NCBI GenBank assembly: GCA_900546635.1
Contig: URDS01000003.1
Location: 252 to 64,251 of the forward strand
Length of the DNA: 64,000 bases
From: an uncultured Eubacteriales bacterium
GTDB taxonomy: Bacteria; Bacillota; Clostridia; Oscillospirales; CAG-272
Direction: 5' to 3'
The notes under the pieces are model-generated. The model saw only the letters and a list, made by a program, of their open reading frames with translations, did not search any database and had not been told where the DNA came from. The translations under genes and the position numbers were made by a program. How positions within the stretch are numbered: the first letter of the stretch is position 1; each line of letters opens with the position of its first letter. Shown here piece after piece: positions 1 to 8,876 of the stretch.

Positions 1-91
1 GAACGCATGGCGATACCCTCTTTGTTTTCAGAGCTTTCGGAGGATTTTTTTCAAGCTTTGAGCGCTTCAACGACCGCTTATCAAATCGCGG

Positions 92-1495
92 TTATCCGCC
101 GACTGTGTTGCTGCCCGCCGTGCTGCTGATAATGACGCCGTTTTCAAATATGCCGGTGATCGTCCGCCCGCTCGGCCAGGTATAGGTTCCCTCGCCGGTC
201 AGCTGGTTGTCCTTAAAGCTGCCGGTATACGTTTCGCCGTTGGCAAAGGTGTAGGTTCCCTGTCCGTTGCGCATGTCGTTTTTGTAGTTGCCCTCGTACA
301 CGTCGCCGTTGGCAAAAACCTGCTTGCCGTATCCCTCTTTAACGTCGTTTACATAGGTGCCTTCAAAGGACGCCGCGCCGCTTGTGTATACGCCGCTTCC
401 GTTCTTGCGTCCGGCGGCGAACTGCCCCTCATAGACGCTGCCGTCCGCGTAGGTCAGCTTTCCGGCGCCTGCGGGATAATCGTTTTCAAAATTGCCCTCG
501 TACACGTCGCCGCCGGCGTAGGTCAGCGTGCCGTAGCCGTTTTTGCGGTCGTCGGCGAACAGGCCGGTATATACATCGCCGTTTGCATAGGTCAGCGTGC
601 CCTGTCCCTCTTTTTTGTAATCCTCAAATCCGCCGACATACACGCTGCCGTCCGAATAGGTGATTGTATTTCCCTCCGTCAGCCGGCCGCGGGTGCGCTG
701 TCCGCCCGGATCCGAGGCGGAAATCCAGCCGCTTTCCGGCGCGCCGGAGCGAACAATGCCGAAAAATTTGATCGTGCGGCCGTCGGCGCAGGCGCTGCCC
801 GTGTAGCGGACGCCGCAGAAGAACAAAACAAGAAAGATCAGCAGCAGCGCGCTGAGCGCAAGAAGCGCCGCGCGGAAGCGCGGATCCAGCTTTTTGCGCC
901 GGTAGGGCGCTACGCGGCGTTTTTTCGGTTTCGGGGGTTTGTAACCGCCCTTTTTTCCGGCGTGCACATAGGTCGGAAATTCGTTTGTGTCCGCGCGCTC
1001 GTCCGCGTCGGCGCCGTAGCTGTAGCTTGTCCGCGCGGGAATATGGGCGGCGCTCTGCGTGCGCGGCGTTTTGGGCGCCGGGCGCACGGGAATTTGATTT
1101 TGTGTTCGCCCGCTTTCGGCTGTGCGCGCGCCGCCGGTGGTTTGGCGTGCGCCGCTGACCGTTTGGCGCGTGTCTTTGGCGGTTTGGCGTGCTTCGCCGG
1201 CGGGTTGGTACATACCGCCGGTCCGGCGCGCGCCGTTTGCAGTCGGATGCGCGTTGTCGGCTGTTCGCGTCCGCGCTTTGCGGGGCGCACCGCCGTAGGC
1301 GGGCGAAGCCGAAGCCGATTCATTTTTCGCGGTCTGTGAAACCGCGGCAGGGCGTTTGGTTTGGATCGCTGTACCGGCCGCCGCGTAATTTTTCGTCGCG
1401 GCAAACGCCTTTTGGCGTCTTGCGTCCCGCTCGCGCGCTTCGGCGAGCGCGGCCCGCTCGGCGGGCGTGGTCGGCGTATATTCGTTTTTCTCCAT
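92..1495 (-). CDS. MORN-repeat membrane protein with a low-complexity Arg/Thr/Ala-rich N-terminus
   Basis: 467-aa ORF. The C-terminal half has about 9 tandem MORN-type units, e.g. GTLTYANGDVYTGLFADDRKNGYGTLTYAGGDVYEGNF. One hydrophobic helix (ALLALSALLLIFLVLFFCGV). The N-terminal ~200 aa are disordered, with ARQT-like repeats. Confidence 0.8.
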   Translation of the reverse strand: MEKNEYTPTTPAERAALAEARERDARRQKAFAATKNYAAAGTAIQTKRPAAVSQTAKNESASASPAYGGAPRKARTRTADNAHPTANGARRTGGMYQPAGEARQTAKDTRQTVSGARQTTGGARTAESGRTQNQIPVRPAPKTPRTQSAAHIPARTSYSYGADADERADTNEFPTYVHAGKKGGYKPPKPKKRRVAPYRRKKLDPRFRAALLALSALLLIFLVLFFCGVRYTGSACADGRTIKFFGIVRSGAPESGWISASDPGGQRTRGRLTEGNTITYSDGSVYVGGFEDYKKEGQGTLTYANGDVYTGLFADDRKNGYGTLTYAGGDVYEGNFENDYPAGAGKLTYADGSVYEGQFAAGRKNGSGVYTSGAASFEGTYVNDVKEGYGKQVFANGDVYEGNYKNDMRNGQGTYTFANGETYTGSFKDNQLTGEGTYTWPSGRTITGIFENGVIISSTAGSNTVGG

Positions 1496-1510
1496 TGGTC
1501 GTTCGCTCCG

Positions 1511-2065
1511 TCAATTTTTGATCATCGTGATGGCGTTGTCCGCCAGCACCAGCAGTTCCGGGACAAAATACAGCAGGACAAAGCACAAAACCGTGCAAAG
1601 TACAAATGTGACCACCAGCGTCGCAAAACCGCCTTTTACCGGCTTGAACCGCTTGTCTGCGATGTATTTGTCCTCCTCGCGAAGATAGAAGCGCGCGCGC
1701 TGCGTCTCCCCGTCGTTTGCGTTCGGATCCTCGGTGCGCACGTATTTGGAAAGGACGCTCGGACGCCGGAGGCTGCGTCGGATCAGGCGTTTGTCGCAGC
1801 CGATCTCCGCCAGCGTTTTGGCGTGTTCGGGCGTGAATGCGTCCGTTTTATACAGGCGGCGAATCGGCCGGCCTAAAAAATCGCTCGAATAATAAACGCC
1901 GACCGAAGCCAAAAAGACGCCGGCGCAGATACCGATGATTAAAAAAATCAAAAATCGTTCTATTTCCGTCCCGTCAAAGTTTTGCAGAACCGCAAGGTCG
2001 GGTGAAAAGTATTTATAATAGAAGTATTCGCGAATTTCTTCCAGCATGGCTGAAAAATCCGACAT
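1511..2065 (-). CDS. Hypothetical membrane protein (two predicted TM helices)
   Basis: Start chosen at internal ATG 2065 (MSDFSAMLEEIRE...), preceded by a GGAGGA RBS (reverse complement of 2071-2078). Hydrophobic segments FLIFLIIGICAGVFLASVGVYY and ATLVVTFVLCTVLCFVLLYFV. Lies directly downstream of spo0J. Confidence 0.6.
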   Translation of the reverse strand: MSDFSAMLEEIREYFYYKYFSPDLAVLQNFDGTEIERFLIFLIIGICAGVFLASVGVYYSSDFLGRPIRRLYKTDAFTPEHAKTLAEIGCDKRLIRRSLRRPSVLSKYVRTEDPNANDGETQRARFYLREEDKYIADKRFKPVKGGFATLVVTFVLCTVLCFVLLYFVPELLVLADNAITMIKN

Positions 2066-2160
2066 GGCTTTCCTCCTTGTCTTGTCAGTCCGCCGCGGCG
2101 GACAAAAAGTTATCGATGCGTTTCGGGTCAAAAGCCGCGCTTGTACCCGCTTGCATGGTA

Positions 2161-2346
2161 TTTTGCATAAGACGGTTTTCCGCATGGGGCAGTTTCCGCG
2201 CAGATGTGATTTTTTTGCGTATGACGGCTTTTCGCGCGTGGATGATTTTTTTGCGTATGACGGTTTTCCGTGTGTGGATGATTTTCTGTGTATCGTGTTT
2301 TTTGGCGCGTGGGTTTTTGTTTTTGCATAGGACGGTTCTTTCCGTA
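2161..2346. repeat. Iteron-like array: four copies of a ~26-bp motif TTTTGC(A/G)TA(A/T/G)GACGG(T/C)T.T..CG
   Basis: Copies start at 2161, 2213, 2249 and 2321. The two central copies lie within a ~36-bp tandem duplication (2203-2276). Confidence 0.6.
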
Positions 2347-2522
2347 TGCGGCTATACGGCTATACGGCTATACGGCTATACGGCTATACGGCTATACGGC
2401 TATGCGGCTATGCGGCTATACGGCTATACGGCTATGCGGCTATGCGGCTATGCGGCTATAACGGCTATGCGGCTATGCGGCTATATGGGCAATACGACTA
2501 TGCGGTTATACGGCTATACGGC
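2345..2522. repeat. 8-bp microsatellite (TATRCGGC)n, about 22 units
   Basis: Read directly: tatgcggc tatacggc x6 tatgcggc x2 and so on. A few degenerate units at the 3' end. Confidence 0.92.
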
Positions 2523-2622
2523 GGCGTTTTGCAAGGGTGCGGACGTTCAAAAATAGGCTGTTTTTCGTAAAATAGGGAAGCGTAGTTCTTATATTCCGCA
2601 AAAATGGCCGCGATTTTCGGCT

Positions 2623-3504
2623 TTACTGCTCAATAATTTCCTCGCCGCAGAGTTTACGGAGCAGGATTTCCAGATCCTCGTCGTCCTCAAACGACACCTG
2701 CACGGATTTCGCATGCCCCCGGCGGTTGATGCGTACCCGGCGGCCGAGCAAATCCATCGCTTTGTGTTCGAGTTCGGCGTAATAGTCGATTTTGAGCCCC
2801 AGTTCGGGCACCGGTTCTTCGTCCCCCTGATGCGTCAGCTGATTTTCTTTTTTGACCAGTTCCTCGGCCGCGCGGACAGACAGGCCGCCGGCAACGATCT
2901 TGGCCGCGATGGCCGGTTCTTTTTCGCGGTCTTTCAGCGCGAGCAGGGCGCGCGCGTGTCCCGCGGAGAGTTCGCCCGTGCCGAGCATGGTCAGCACGTC
3001 GTCGGACAGGTCCAAAAGACGCAGCGCGTTGGTGATCGTGCTTCTGCCCTTGCCGACCTTTTGCGAAACTTCCTCCTGCGTAAGTCCGTAACTGCCGATC
3101 AGCGCGCGGTAAGCCTGCGCTTCTTCGATCGGATTCAAATTTTCCCGCTGAATGTTTTCAATCAGGGAAATCTGCGCGGTTTCGATGTCGCTTTTGTCTA
3201 AAATGATGACCGGAATTTCGGTGAGTCCCGCCATTTTAGACGCGCGGTAGCGGCGTTCGCCCGCGATGATCTGATAATGGCCGTCGGCGATTTCGCGCAC
3301 CAGAATCGGCTGCAGGACGCCGTGGGCGGCAATGGAATCGGCCAGTTCGGCCAGCGCCTCGCCCTCAAAGATTTTGCGGGGCTGATCCGCTTTGGGTTCG
3401 ATCAGTGAAAGGCGCAGTTTTGTGAGGCTGCCGCGTTCGTCTACCGTATTGTCGTAGAAAATATTGTCAAATCCTTTTCCGAGTCCGGACGGCTTTTTCG
3501 CCAT
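2623..3504 (-). CDS. spo0J: Chromosome partitioning protein ParB/Spo0J
   Basis: 293 aa with ParB-box motifs: GLGKGFDNIF, LIEPKADQPRK, GVLQPILVR, IIAGERRYRASKMAG. An HTH region follows. Sits directly downstream of soj. Confidence 0.92.
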   Translation of the reverse strand: MAKKPSGLGKGFDNIFYDNTVDERGSLTKLRLSLIEPKADQPRKIFEGEALAELADSIAAHGVLQPILVREIADGHYQIIAGERRYRASKMAGLTEIPVIILDKSDIETAQISLIENIQRENLNPIEEAQAYRALIGSYGLTQEEVSQKVGKGRSTITNALRLLDLSDDVLTMLGTGELSAGHARALLALKDREKEPAIAAKIVAGGLSVRAAEELVKKENQLTHQGDEEPVPELGLKIDYYAELEHKAMDLLGRRVRINRRGHAKSVQVSFEDDEDLEILLRKLCGEEIIEQ

Positions 3505-3682
3505 AATGTTCCCCCTGTGCCCGCAGATTCAAAGCGTTTGACGCAATTTGAAGCGGGCGTATGATGAAATCGTTTTGCAAAACGCCGTTTTTGAAAAAAC
3601 GGCGGATCCGTTTGGGCGCGCTTTTACGGGTGTGTTTTGTTTTTCGTGTGGTTTGCGTGTCCCCGCGCCGCCTGTTTCCCGC

Positions 3683-4444
3683 TCAGATGCGATCGAGCAG
3701 TTCTTTGGCGACTTCCAGATATTCAGCCGCGCCTCTTGAGGATTTGTCATGATAGTATACGGGCGTGCCGAAGCCGGGCGCTTCGCTGAGCTTGACGTTT
3801 CTGGATACCGGCGTTTTGAAAAGCTTATCCGAATAATATTTTTTCAGTTCGGAAATGACCTGCATCGTCAAAATCAGGCGGCCGTTGAACATCGTCACCA
3901 GAATGCCGCAGATTTCGAGTTCGGGATTATAGAGCTGCTTGATTTTGCGGATGGTCAGCATCAACTGCGAAAGTCCCTCCAGCGCGTAGTATTCGCACTG
4001 CATCGGGATGATGACTGCGTCGGACGCGGCAAGCGCGTTGACCGTAATCATGCCGAGCGAGGGCGGACAATCGATAAAGATATAATCGTATTCGTCCCGA
4101 AGTGTGGAAAGCTGATTTTTCAGGCGGTATTCCCGGTTGCTGAGTTGGTACAAATCAAATTCTGCGCCGGCCAGCGAAATATTGGATGGAATTACGGAGA
4201 GATTTCTAAATTCGGTTTGAATGACGGCTTTTGCGGCGCCCACTTCATCGATCAGGATCTCATAAGAGGTTGCTTTCAGGTTCTTTTTGTTGATGCCGAC
4301 GCCGCTGGTGGTATTTCCCTGCGGGTCCAAATCAATAAGCAGAACCTTTTTGTCCAATATCCCTACGGAAGCGGCGATATTGACTGCCGAGGTGGTTTTG
4401 CCCACGCCGCCCTTTTGGTTGGCAAAGGCGATGATTTTTCCCAT
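3683..4444 (-). CDS. soj: ParA/Soj partition ATPase
   Basis: Start at ATG 4444 (MGKIIAFANQKGGVGKTT, deviant Walker A), with a GGAGGAAAG RBS upstream. DLDPQGN and IIDCPPSLG motifs present. Confidence 0.92.
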   Translation of the reverse strand: MGKIIAFANQKGGVGKTTSAVNIAASVGILDKKVLLIDLDPQGNTTSGVGINKKNLKATSYEILIDEVGAAKAVIQTEFRNLSVIPSNISLAGAEFDLYQLSNREYRLKNQLSTLRDEYDYIFIDCPPSLGMITVNALAASDAVIIPMQCEYYALEGLSQLMLTIRKIKQLYNPELEICGILVTMFNGRLILTMQVISELKKYYSDKLFKTPVSRNVKLSEAPGFGTPVYYHDKSSRGAAEYLEVAKELLDRI

Positions 4445-4627
4445 ACTTTCCTCCAAATGTGCATAAACAAAGCTGTTAAAGGTTTCCGGTTGTCGAAGCC
4501 GCAAATAAAGGTCATGCGCGAAAATTGCGGCGTATACTGTATTATACCATCAAATTGGGGGCAAGTCAACCGGGAAACCGATGAAGCTGCGTTTTTCACA
4601 TAAAAAACACATGGGGGTTTGAAAAAA

Positions 4628-4643
4628 TGTTTCACGTGAAACC
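4628..4643. promoter_or_regulatory. parS centromere-like site (15/16 match)
   Basis: TGTTTCACGTGAAACC against the Firmicute parS consensus TGTTNCACGTGAAACA. Lies 184 bp upstream of soj. Confidence 0.8.
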
Positions 4644-4684
4644 ATGTCCCGGACTTTTTTGGCATATGCGGTTCTTGCGCGTGA

Positions 4685-4700
4685 TGTTTCACGTGAAACC
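4685..4700. promoter_or_regulatory. Second parS site, identical 16-mer
   Basis: TGTTTCACGTGAAACC again, 57 bp from the first. The flanking ATGTTTCACGTGAAACCATGT is duplicated. Confidence 0.8.
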
Positions 4701-5385
4701 ATGTGAAACACAAGATGTTGTTTCAAATTCCGAATCAATGGACTATATATTGTGTCAAGATCAAAAATGCAGGATGAATGCCGCCCTCTATGCCCGGCGC
4801 GAACAATTTTTGCGGTTTTGTTTAAATCTTCATATATATAAATAGGAAGATTTATCAAAAAAATTTTCCGGTTTTCCCTTTTTGCGGTTTTGCGGAACGG
4901 CGGTTTTGTAAAACGGCAAACCCTGTTCGGACGGCATAGGTTTGACCGGAATCCAATTATCAAGGCGCGCATATAGTAAAAAATAGGAAATGAAAACAGA
5001 AAACGGATGAGACCGCCGGTAAAGGCGGCGCGAAGCCCGAAATCTGATTTTAAGCGGGCTTTTGGGAGATAGAATTTTGGCTTTTCGGATCGGGTACATA
5101 TATATGATTGGTAAGAAGTTGAAAAAGCGGCGGCGGCATTCGACGTTTGTGCGACAAAAAACGGGCAGGCGGAGATTTGAATATGTCCCTCTGCGAATGT
5201 TCAAAGAAAAATTTTTTCTGACGGCAAAACGGAACCGCTGCGCGCTTTTTTTCGGTTCAAATTTCTTTGAAAGCCTATAAAAATTCAGGAGATTTTTTAC
5301 AGACGGCGTATAAAATTCAGAAAAACGGGCAACCCTTTCTGCGGCACGGGAGAATATTGGCAATGTGAAGATTTGCAAAAAAGTG

Positions 5386-5414
5386 TTGACAAAGGAGGAA
5401 GTGTGTGCTAACAT
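5386..5414 (+). promoter_or_regulatory. Candidate sigma-A-type promoter for the SleB-family gene
   Basis: TTGACA (5386-5391), 17-nt spacer, TAACAT (5409-5414). About 120 nt upstream of the ATG at 5537. Confidence 0.35.
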
Positions 5415-5536
5415 GTAACATGTTTTCGTCAGGTTATCTGAGAAACGCGGTAAAAAACGTTTTCAAACCGATACAAATGACGAAACATTCTGCCTGTGGC
5501 AGAAGGGAAACCCCATATTTTGAAAGGAGAAGCAAG

Positions 5537-6379
5537 ATGAATCTATGCAGGAAGGCTGCGCTGCTGTTTGCTCTGGCGGCGCTCTCTGTAATGCTGATGT
5601 CATTTACTTGCGCGGCCTCGGAAAATACCGGTGATTCCATTGATCTTTATGTGAACAGCGTCCCTGTGGACGGCGCCGTGCTCGTAGACGGTACGGCGTA
5701 TGCTCCTTATCGCATTTTGGTCAGCGCGATTGATCCTGCGGCGGCTTATGATTGGGACGGAGATACCCGTGCCTCGGTTGCCGTCAGCGAGGGCATTGAG
5801 ATCCGTGCGTATGCGGATCAGCATTACATCGAAGCCAACGAAAGAGTTCTTTATAACGAAACGGCAAAAAATTTGACAGTTGAGGATGTGTTGTACATTC
5901 CGGTTCGCTCTGTAGCCCGCGCCTATTCGCTCGAATGCGAGTGGAGCGCAAAGGAAGAGGCGGTTTATCTGAGCGGTACGGTCACGCCGATTGTGAGCGG
6001 CGATGAATTTTATGATGAAGACGTTCTCTATTGGCTCTCCCGTATCATTTCGGCCGAGAGTCGCGGCGAACCGATGCTCGGACAGATCGCCGTCGGCAAT
6101 GTCGTGCTGAACCGCACGGAGGACGGATCGTTCCCGGATACGGTTTACGGCGTGATTTTCGACCGCAAGAACGGAACGCAGTTTACGCCGGCGGCGAGCG
6201 GGTCGATCTACAATGATCCGACCGAGGACGCCGTGCGCGCGGCAAAAATCGTACTGGAAGGCGTTGAGGTCGTGGAGGACGCGCTGTTCTTCTGCGCCGG
6301 CCGCGTGAGCAGCGGAAGCTGGATGGATAAGAACCGCGAATACGTGGAGACTATCGGCAATCACGTGTTTTACGCCTGA
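5537..6379 (+). CDS. Secreted cell-wall hydrolase, SleB/CwlJ family, with an N-terminal copper-amine-oxidase-N-like stalk domain
   Basis: Start at ATG 5537 with an AAAGGAGA RBS. Signal peptide MNLCRKAALLFALAALSVMLMSFTCAAS. C-terminal region YWLSRIISAESRGEPMLGQIAVGNVVLNRTEDGSFPDTVYGVIFDRKNGTQFTP is typical of the SleB hydrolase_2 domain. Confidence 0.8.
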   Translation: MNLCRKAALLFALAALSVMLMSFTCAASENTGDSIDLYVNSVPVDGAVLVDGTAYAPYRILVSAIDPAAAYDWDGDTRASVAVSEGIEIRAYADQHYIEANERVLYNETAKNLTVEDVLYIPVRSVARAYSLECEWSAKEEAVYLSGTVTPIVSGDEFYDEDVLYWLSRIISAESRGEPMLGQIAVGNVVLNRTEDGSFPDTVYGVIFDRKNGTQFTPAASGSIYNDPTEDAVRAAKIVLEGVEVVEDALFFCAGRVSSGSWMDKNREYVETIGNHVFYA

Positions 6380-6689
6380 GTAGGGCGGTGAATTTTCACA
6401 TTGCTTTTTGCGCCCCGCACGCCGCGGCAGTGCGGCACACCGGTAATCGCGGGGAAGAAAGCGCGGTGAAAAGATTGAGCAAACAAGTTTATAAAAAGGG
6501 AGGCAAAGCGAGTTTTCGCTTTGCCTCCCTTTTTGACCGCTGCAAAGAAGAAAGCAGACCGCCAAGGGATTGTAAAGGCGCTGCGTCATACAAAAGCGCG
6601 ATTTTTCACATAGGGACGGGGCTTTTTTTCGCGGAGCGGGGCAAAATCCGCCCGTATGACAGCCGAAACCGCCGCAGAACCGGAATGTT

Positions 6690-7045
6690 TTCGGAGCGGG
6701 CGAGGCTGTTCCGGCGGGACAAGGTGGCGGTGCGAGCGGATTTGAGCGAACGAAGCTGTTCCGACGGGACAAGGTGGCGGGGCGGATTCGAGCGGGCGAG
6801 GCTGTTTCCCGGCGGGGATGAGGTGGCGGGGCGAGCGGATTTGAGTGGACGAGGCTGTTCCGGCAGGAGCGAGGTGGCGGGGCGAGCGGATTCAAGCGGA
6901 CGAGGCTGTTCCCGGCGGGGACAAGGTGGCGGGGCGAGCGGATTCGAGCGGACGAAGCTGTTCCCGGCGGGGACAAGGTGGCGGGGCGAGCGGATTTGAG
7001 CGGACGAGGCTGTTTCCCGGCGGGACAAGGTGGCCGGAGCGGGGG
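6690..7045. repeat. Non-coding tandem array, about 7 units of ~52 bp
   Basis: Unit GA(G/A)GCTGTTCCCGGCGGGGACAAGGTGGCGGGGCGAGCGGATT(T/C)GAGCGGAC. Unit starts at 6711, 6761, 6798, 6851, 6902, 6954 and 7006. One unit carries an internal deletion. Confidence 0.85.
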
Positions 7046-7245
7046 CTGCGGCGCGGTCAAATACCGCTTTCTGCGGGGGCGGCGCGGTCGGAGCGGCATT
7101 CAACCATCCATGCGTGGCGGGTCTGCGCGCGGGCGGTTGACAAGCGCGCGGCGGCGGTGTATAATGTGTACATAATTTTACCCATATTGCCGGAATCTGC
7201 ATGGTGCATACACACGATACCGGCGCTATAGACAAGGAGACCGTT

Positions 7246-8574
7246 ATGAGCGAAAAAACGGAGCCGCGCGCGCTTCAGGGCGCGATGGAACTGCTGCCGA
7301 AAGATCAGATCCTTTTTAACCGTATGTACGATACCATCCGCGGCGTGTATGAACAATTCGGGTTTCTGCCGCTGGATACGCCGACAATCGAATATTCCGC
7401 CGTTTTGCTGGCCAAGGCGGGCGGCGAGACCGAAAAACAGATTTACCGCTTCACCAAGGGGGAGACCGACCTCTCTCTGCGCTTTGATCTGACCGTGCCG
7501 CTGGCGCGGTATGTCGCGCAGCACAAGGAGGAATTGGCTTTTCCGTTCAAGCGCTACCAGATGGGCAAGTCCTTTCGGGGCGAGCGTCCGCAGAAAGGGC
7601 GCTTCCGCGAATTTTATCAGTGCGACATCGACGTGATAGGGCCGGGCGAACTCGATCCGATGTATGAGGCGGAAATGCCCGCCGTGATCTATCAGGTGTT
7701 CCGAAAGCTGAAGCTCGGCCGGTTTGTCATTCGGATCAACAACCGCCGGATTTTGAACGGCTTTTTTGAAACGCTCGGACTTGAAGGGAAGATCGCGGGC
7801 ATTCTGCGCGCGGTGGACAAGCTGGAGAAGATCGGCGCGCAGAAGGTGCGCGAGGAGCTTCTTTCGCTGTCGGTGTCCGAGGACGCGGCTGCCCGGATTT
7901 TGGACTTTATCGGCATTCGGGGGCGCAATGCGGAGGTGATCGCCGCGCTGCGCGCGCTCGGAATCGAAAATGAAACCTTCCGCACGGGTGTGGACGAGCT
8001 TGAAACCGTTCTGAACTGCGCCGCCGCATACGGCGTGCCGGAGGAAAATTTGTGCGCCGACCTCACGATCGCGCGCGGGCTTGACTATTACACCGGCACG
8101 GTATACGAGACGATGCTTGCTGATTATCCGTCGCTCGGCAGCGTCTGTTCGGGCGGCCGTTATGACGATTTGACCGGGTTCTACACGGACGACAAGCTGC
8201 CCGGCGTCGGCGTTTCCATCGGTCTTACCCGCCTGTTCTCGCAGCTAAAGAGCGAAAATCTGCTCCCAGACGGGCAGTCGGCGCTTGTGGACGTGCTGGT
8301 CGTTCCGATGTCCGCGGCGGAGAGAGCCGCGGCGCTTTCGGCGTCCGCCGTTCTGCGCGGCGCGGGACTGAACGCCGATGTGTACTGGCTGGAGCGCGGC
8401 ATTAAGCCCAAAATGAAATTTGCCAACCGCAGCGGGATCCCGTATGTTGCGCTGATCGGCGAGAGCGAGGCGCAGAGCGGACTTGTCGCGCTGAAAAATA
8501 TGGAGACCGGCGAGCAGACCCTGATGGCCCCCGACGAGGCGGCAAAAGCCGTTCTGCGCGGGAAAACGGTTTAA
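7246..8574 (+). CDS. hisS: Histidine--tRNA ligase
   Basis: Start at ATG 7246 with an AAGGAGA RBS. Class II motifs: FRGERPQKGRFREFYQCD, GLDYYTG, GGRYD. C-terminal anticodon-binding domain present. Confidence 0.92.
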   Translation: MSEKTEPRALQGAMELLPKDQILFNRMYDTIRGVYEQFGFLPLDTPTIEYSAVLLAKAGGETEKQIYRFTKGETDLSLRFDLTVPLARYVAQHKEELAFPFKRYQMGKSFRGERPQKGRFREFYQCDIDVIGPGELDPMYEAEMPAVIYQVFRKLKLGRFVIRINNRRILNGFFETLGLEGKIAGILRAVDKLEKIGAQKVREELLSLSVSEDAAARILDFIGIRGRNAEVIAALRALGIENETFRTGVDELETVLNCAAAYGVPEENLCADLTIARGLDYYTGTVYETMLADYPSLGSVCSGGRYDDLTGFYTDDKLPGVGVSIGLTRLFSQLKSENLLPDGQSALVDVLVVPMSAAERAAALSASAVLRGAGLNADVYWLERGIKPKMKFANRSGIPYVALIGESEAQSGLVALKNMETGEQTLMAPDEAAKAVLRGKTV

Positions 8575-8876
8575 GCGCGTTTTGCCGCCGACCGCGCGGG
8601 ACTCTCAAAGTCAGTTTTCTTTTTTCGGCTGCGTTTTGTGCGCTTCGGCGCGCGCAAAGATAAGCTTTTACAATAGGCTTACAATAGGCTGTAGAGAAAT
8701 CGCAGGGGCTGTCCTCTGCGTCGATTCGGAACCCGGCGGAGACTGTGGATACACGATCTTGAAAAGGGACAATCGTTTCCGGTATGTGACCGTCGTCCGT
8801 GCAATCAAAAACAACGGCGCAAAGCAGGAATATAGATAAAAGACAAGAGAGAGACGACATCAAAAAGGAGAAAAAT

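Noticed and set aside
2002-2570. ORFs of 184 aa and 74 aa reading through the 8-bp microsatellite (MRLYGYTAIRLYGY...)
   Set aside because: The translation is purely the periodic product of the repeat. There is no RBS, and several frames are open for the same reason.
4445-5536. Replication origin (oriC) in the AT-rich spacer next to soj
   Set aside because: I found no TTATCCACA/TGTGGATAA DnaA boxes or close variants in the spacer, and dnaA is not in the window. parS sites alone do not define oriC.
6690-7045. Possible CRISPR array
   Set aside because: The units abut directly with no unique spacers, the unit length (~52 bp) is atypical, and there are no cas genes in the window.
5600-7099. 499-aa minus-strand ORF
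   Set aside because: It runs antisense through the SleB-family gene and then through the 52-bp tandem array. The translation is Pro/Arg/Ala low complexity.
7060-7245. T-box riboswitch upstream of hisS
   Set aside because: I found no match to the conserved T-box sequence or specifier-loop architecture by eye. I cannot exclude a divergent leader without a covariance-model scan.
8799-8876. Upstream ATG start for the MBL-fold hydrolase
   Set aside because: No RBS precedes it, and the 26 extra residues are Lys/Arg/Asp low complexity. TTG 8877 has a near-perfect RBS. The choice remains uncertain.
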